Part shown: positions 26,547 to 29,537 of the stretch, one piece after another | How positions within the stretch are numbered: position 1 is the stretch's first letter | Layout of the letters: each line of letters starts with the position of its first letter | Position numbers and translations under genes: made by a program | The notes under the pieces: generated by a model | What the model was told of the DNA's origin: nothing | Database searches by the model: none | What the model saw: only the letters and a program-made list of their open reading frames with translations | NCBI GenBank assembly: GCA_027319905.1 | Contig: DAHVMJ010000011.1 | Coordinates: forward strand, 1 to 29,537 | Direction: 5' to 3' | Source of the DNA: Candidatus Micrarchaeota archaeon | Lineage (GTDB): Archaea > Micrarchaeota > Micrarchaeia > Micrarchaeales > CABMGC01 | DNA: 29,537 nt

Positions 26547-27232
26547 TGAGTCGTACGGCAAAAGAACGCTTCACGAGAATAGCGGGTAGGTACGACTTCA
26601 TGAACCACTTTCTCAGCATGGGGATCGATAGGAAGTGGCGCGAGGAAGCAGCGAAAGAGGCGATTCTTGACAAGAGGTCGTTCAGCGTACTTGACTCTGC
26701 GACAGGTACTGGCGACTTCGCATTCGCCATCTACGACCTGGCCGAGGAGAAGGGGAAGCGCGTGAGGATAACAGCCACAGATTTCGTAAAGAAAATGTTG
26801 TACCAAGCGGTCAAAAAGGCCGGGAGATCTGGAAGAAACGGGATAACCTTCGGAATAGGTGATTCGCTGAGGACTGGATTCAGCAACGGTTCCTTCGACG
26901 TTGTCGCCACTGCATTCTCGCTGAGAAACTTCGATAGTACCGACGCTTTCCTTCGGGAATCGTATAGGATACTCGCCTCGCGCGGCAGGCTTGTTGTGCT
27001 GGAGATGGCCATGCCGGATGAGCCAAGCCAACGGCGTTTCTTCGATGCCTATTCTTACTTCATGCGTCTTTCAAGCGTGTTCGCCGGAAGAGAGTACAGC
27101 TGGCTCGTTGACAGCATAATGAAGTTTGATAAGCATCTCCTCGCGGGAAAAACCCGTGCGGCTGGATTCAGAAGAGTAAGATTGAAACCTCTCGCCTCAG
27201 GCATAGCGTTCGTTATGGTGGCAGAGAGATAG
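26546..27232 (+). CDS. menG: UbiE/MenG-family quinone methyltransferase
   Basis: FTRIAGRYDFMNHFLSMGIDRKWR, VLDSATGTGDFA, AFSLRNF. TGATG coupling to the upstream gene. Confidence 0.88.
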   Translation: MSRTAKERFTRIAGRYDFMNHFLSMGIDRKWREEAAKEAILDKRSFSVLDSATGTGDFAFAIYDLAEEKGKRVRITATDFVKKMLYQAVKKAGRSGRNGITFGIGDSLRTGFSNGSFDVVATAFSLRNFDSTDAFLRESYRILASRGRLVVLEMAMPDEPSQRRFFDAYSYFMRLSSVFAGREYSWLVDSIMKFDKHLLAGKTRAAGFRRVRLKPLASGIAFVMVAER

Positions 27233-28186
27233 TCACGCGCCTCGTACCCTGACGAAGTCTATGTACCTCGACAGCTCTCTGCTCCAGGTGGCGCCTTCCA
27301 TGAAATGCAGCGCCCTGTCAGCAAAATAGTCGTTGAGGCCAACGGCTTTCTTTACGGCTTCGTCCTGCCCTATGCCGAACTGCTTTGCAAAAATTCTCAC
27401 GATGTTGGTGTAGCCCGAGGTTATCTTGCTTCCGCCATTTCTCCCCGCTTCCTTCTCATCCACAAGCTCAAGTATGTCATCGCGTATCTGGAACGCCACT
27501 CCCAGGCCGAGCCCGAAACCATAGAGCCGGCTCGCCACTTTTTTGCGCTTGTAAATTGCGGCCGCGCTGGCGCAGGTACCCATAAACACGCCGTTCTTCA
27601 ACCTGGCTACGCGCAGATACTCCCTTACACCGATAGGTTTGCCTTCCCTCTGCGAAGAATAATCCAATAACTCACCGGCGCACATATCTAGCGACGCGTC
27701 TGCAACTTTCTTCACCACTCTCGGGCCATAACGCGATGCAAGCGACACCGCCTTTGCTATGAGAGCATCGCCGGAAAGCAGTGCGACCTCGCTCCCGCGC
27801 TTCGCATGAAGCGTCGGCACGCCCCTTCTCACGGAGTCGCCATCTATGATGTCATCGTGAACCAGGGATGCGGTGTGCAGCAGCTCCGCGGCCACGGCCA
27901 TGTCAATAAAATCTGCGGCATCTTCGCCCATAAGTTTCGCCCCAAGCAGCACCAGCGCAGGTCTGAGCATCTTTCCTGGCTTCCTGAGCGTGTATGTAGC
28001 CGCGTCGAAGAGTTCCTTTCCGGAGAAATCCTGGTAGCCGAAGGAAGAGAGCCGCGCCTGGACCTTGTTTATGCCGCTCTTGATCGAGTTTCCCAAAGGC
28101 AGAGATCGCGGAAAGACAAAACCGCGCGCATTCGCAATCTGTAGGGAATAGGCGTCCTTTCCTTTCATGAGCGTAAGACTGCGCAT
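27233..28186 (-). CDS. Polyprenyl diphosphate synthase (IdsA/GGPP synthase family)
   Basis: GKMLRP, ELLHTASLVHDDIIDGDSVRRG (first Asp-rich motif), GDAL, AFQIRDDILE (variant second motif). Exact start uncertain (28189/28186/28168). Confidence 0.9.
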   Translation of the reverse strand: MRSLTLMKGKDAYSLQIANARGFVFPRSLPLGNSIKSGINKVQARLSSFGYQDFSGKELFDAATYTLRKPGKMLRPALVLLGAKLMGEDAADFIDMAVAAELLHTASLVHDDIIDGDSVRRGVPTLHAKRGSEVALLSGDALIAKAVSLASRYGPRVVKKVADASLDMCAGELLDYSSQREGKPIGVREYLRVARLKNGVFMGTCASAAAIYKRKKVASRLYGFGLGLGVAFQIRDDILELVDEKEAGRNGGSKITSGYTNIVRIFAKQFGIGQDEAVKKAVGLNDYFADRALHFMEGATWSRELSRYIDFVRVRGA

Positions 28187-28307
28187 CAAATCAGTATACT
28201 TGTTCCCCGAATATTAATTAATGCTCCCCGATCCTCAGTGCTGCCTTGACGGAAAAGAGAAGAAGGTATATAAAGAAGGGAGGAAATAAGCAAGGGTCGG
28301 TGTTTGC

Positions 28308-28406
28308 ATGACGCTAACAACCTGTTCCTCATGAAAGGTTAGCGGTAAGCAGGCGACATACGTCTTTTTGGTTCTTTGCTGTGCTAGCCTCTTAGCAGCG
28401 CGGCGG
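28308..28406 (+). promoter_or_regulatory. Structured 5' leader with an 8-codon uORF upstream of the ABC exporter
   Basis: TATATAAA at 28267-74, uORF MTLTTCSS* at 28308-34, stem CGCTAAC/GTTAGCG, T-rich tract at about 28363-77, stem GCTGTGCT/AGCGCGGC. Confidence 0.4.
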
Positions 28407-28417
28407 ATGTGACGCTT

Positions 28418-29404
28418 ATGGAAGACTACGCGGTAGATGTGGAGGATGTAGGCAAATGGTTCAAGGCCCACGAGGTCAGACGTAGCGGAAGCATTGTCAC
28501 AAGGCTGATGAGGAAGACGTACTTCAAGCGCGCCCTCAACGACGTGAGCTTCAGGATAAGGCCCGGAGAGATAGTGGCGCTGCTCGGCAGGAACGGCAGC
28601 GGGAAGTCCACTCTGATAAAGATACTGTCTGGCATACTCCACGCTGACTCTGGCAGGGTTCGCGTGCTGGGGTTTGAGCCGTGGACACAGAGGATAGAGC
28701 TTGCGCAGCAGCTCGGCGTGGTGCTCGGGGCCCACGGCCAGCTCTTCTGGAACCTGCCAGCCGTAGACGCGTTCGAGTACATGCGAGGCGTCTATAACAT
28801 AGAGCGGAACGAGTACACGAGGAGGATGAGATACTTCCTGAAGATACTCGACCTGGAGCACGTGTACAACAGGCAGGTGCGAACCATGTCTCTCGGGGAG
28901 CAGATGAAGTGCAACTTCATGGCATCCGTGCTGCACAACCCGAAGATAGTCTTCCTGGACGAGCCCACGATAGGCGTAGACCTGCCTTCGAAGATAGCAC
29001 TGCGCAAGACTGTCACGGAACTGCAGGCCAGGTACAAGACCACCTTCATACTCACCACGCACATAGTCGAGGACATAAGCATAGCGCAGCGAGTCATACT
29101 GCTCAGTAAGGGCAAGGTCGTCTTCGACGATACGAGGCCAAAGCTTGAGGCGATGTTCGGGGACAAGAGACACGTGGAGCTTCACGTCTCTGAACCCGGC
29201 AAGATCAGATTCTCCAGGTTCGGCAGGGTGCTTGAGAGGGACGGCACGATGGTGAAGTTGGAGGTGAGTAAGAGCAAGCTGAAGACCAAGAGCTTTTTTG
29301 CCCTGCTCAACAGGAGGGAAGTACTGGACTACAGGGTAGCCGAGCCTGGGCTGAACTTCATACTCAACAAGTTCTACGCAAAACTTGACAGGGAGAAAAG
29401 GTAG
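28418..29404 (+). CDS. ABC transporter ATP-binding protein (ABC-2/drug-exporter type)
   Basis: GRNGSGKST, signature variant MSLGEQMK, VFLDEPTIGVD, LTTH. Start ATG 28418 or GTG 28409. Confidence 0.93.
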   Translation: MEDYAVDVEDVGKWFKAHEVRRSGSIVTRLMRKTYFKRALNDVSFRIRPGEIVALLGRNGSGKSTLIKILSGILHADSGRVRVLGFEPWTQRIELAQQLGVVLGAHGQLFWNLPAVDAFEYMRGVYNIERNEYTRRMRYFLKILDLEHVYNRQVRTMSLGEQMKCNFMASVLHNPKIVFLDEPTIGVDLPSKIALRKTVTELQARYKTTFILTTHIVEDISIAQRVILLSKGKVVFDDTRPKLEAMFGDKRHVELHVSEPGKIRFSRFGRVLERDGTMVKLEVSKSKLKTKSFFALLNRREVLDYRVAEPGLNFILNKFYAKLDREKR

Positions 29405-29537
29405 ATGGGCGTGTTGAAGAGAGTGGACAGGTACCTCGCAGTGCTGGTAATCGGCTTCAAGCAGCAACTCGCCTACAAAAAGGACTACTTCATCTCCCTG
29501 GGCTTCAGGATATTCGCCTCGTTCATAATGATAGCAG
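29405..29537 (+). CDS. ABC-2 family permease, 5' part (truncated by the window end)
   Basis: ATG immediately after the ATPase stop. MGVLKRVDRYLAVLVIGFKQQLAYKKDYFISLGFRIFASFIMIA is open to the window end; the F...LAY(R/K)..F start is typical of these permeases. Confidence 0.8.
   Translation, partial: MGVLKRVDRYLAVLVIGFKQQLAYKKDYFISLGFRIFASFIMIA

Noticed and set aside
28308..28365. HDV-like ribozyme or known riboswitch in the ABC leader
   Set aside because: A TTCCTC loop and nested pairings are suggestive, but helix order and loop lengths do not fit the HDV fold. I recognise no riboswitch consensus.
28235..29467. 410-aa minus-strand ORF
   Set aside because: Antisense shadow of the ABC ATPase. 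The same applies to the many other opposite-strand ORFs within lhr, rtcB, trm1 and cca.
1..29537. CRISPR array, IS element or rRNA
   Set aside because: No regularly spaced repeats, transposase motifs or long non-coding stretch; coding density is very high throughout.

Overview
Densely packed archaeal chromosomal segment. It is most likely DPANN/Micrarchaeota-like, inferred from fibrillarin, Trm1, class I CCA enzyme, AK6, DUF357, TATA-type promoters and 'QSAMEYLMTYGW' class III pilin leaders. The backbone is housekeeping: RNase HI, Lhr helicase plus metallophosphoesterase, malic enzyme, fibrillarin, RtcB, Trm1, CCA-adding enzyme, tRNA-Leu(CAA), tRNA-Ala(CGC), carbamate kinase, a MenA/CPBP/MenG/polyprenyl synthase cluster and an ABC exporter. 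The most striking signal is three dispersed paralogous pilin-like/LamG genes (2373-3239, 13749-14663, 21114-21986). Each has an indel-free constant N-block (72 aa, 90-93% identical) and an indel-free constant C-block (68 aa, 79-85% identical). These frame a 144-151 aa highly divergent, lower-GC centre, and the LamG fold appears circularly permuted. This is a candidate constant/variable adhesin repertoire. Other notable items are a wHTH-REC-degenerate-GGDEF response regulator near a soluble multi-PAS histidine kinase, a 49-aa zinc-finger gene missing from the ORF track, a C39-like peptidase with Cys replaced by Ser, and a uORF/hairpin leader upstream of the ABC exporter. No CRISPR array, transposase, integrase or reverse transcriptase was seen. 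All family assignments are from motif recognition by eye, not database searches.
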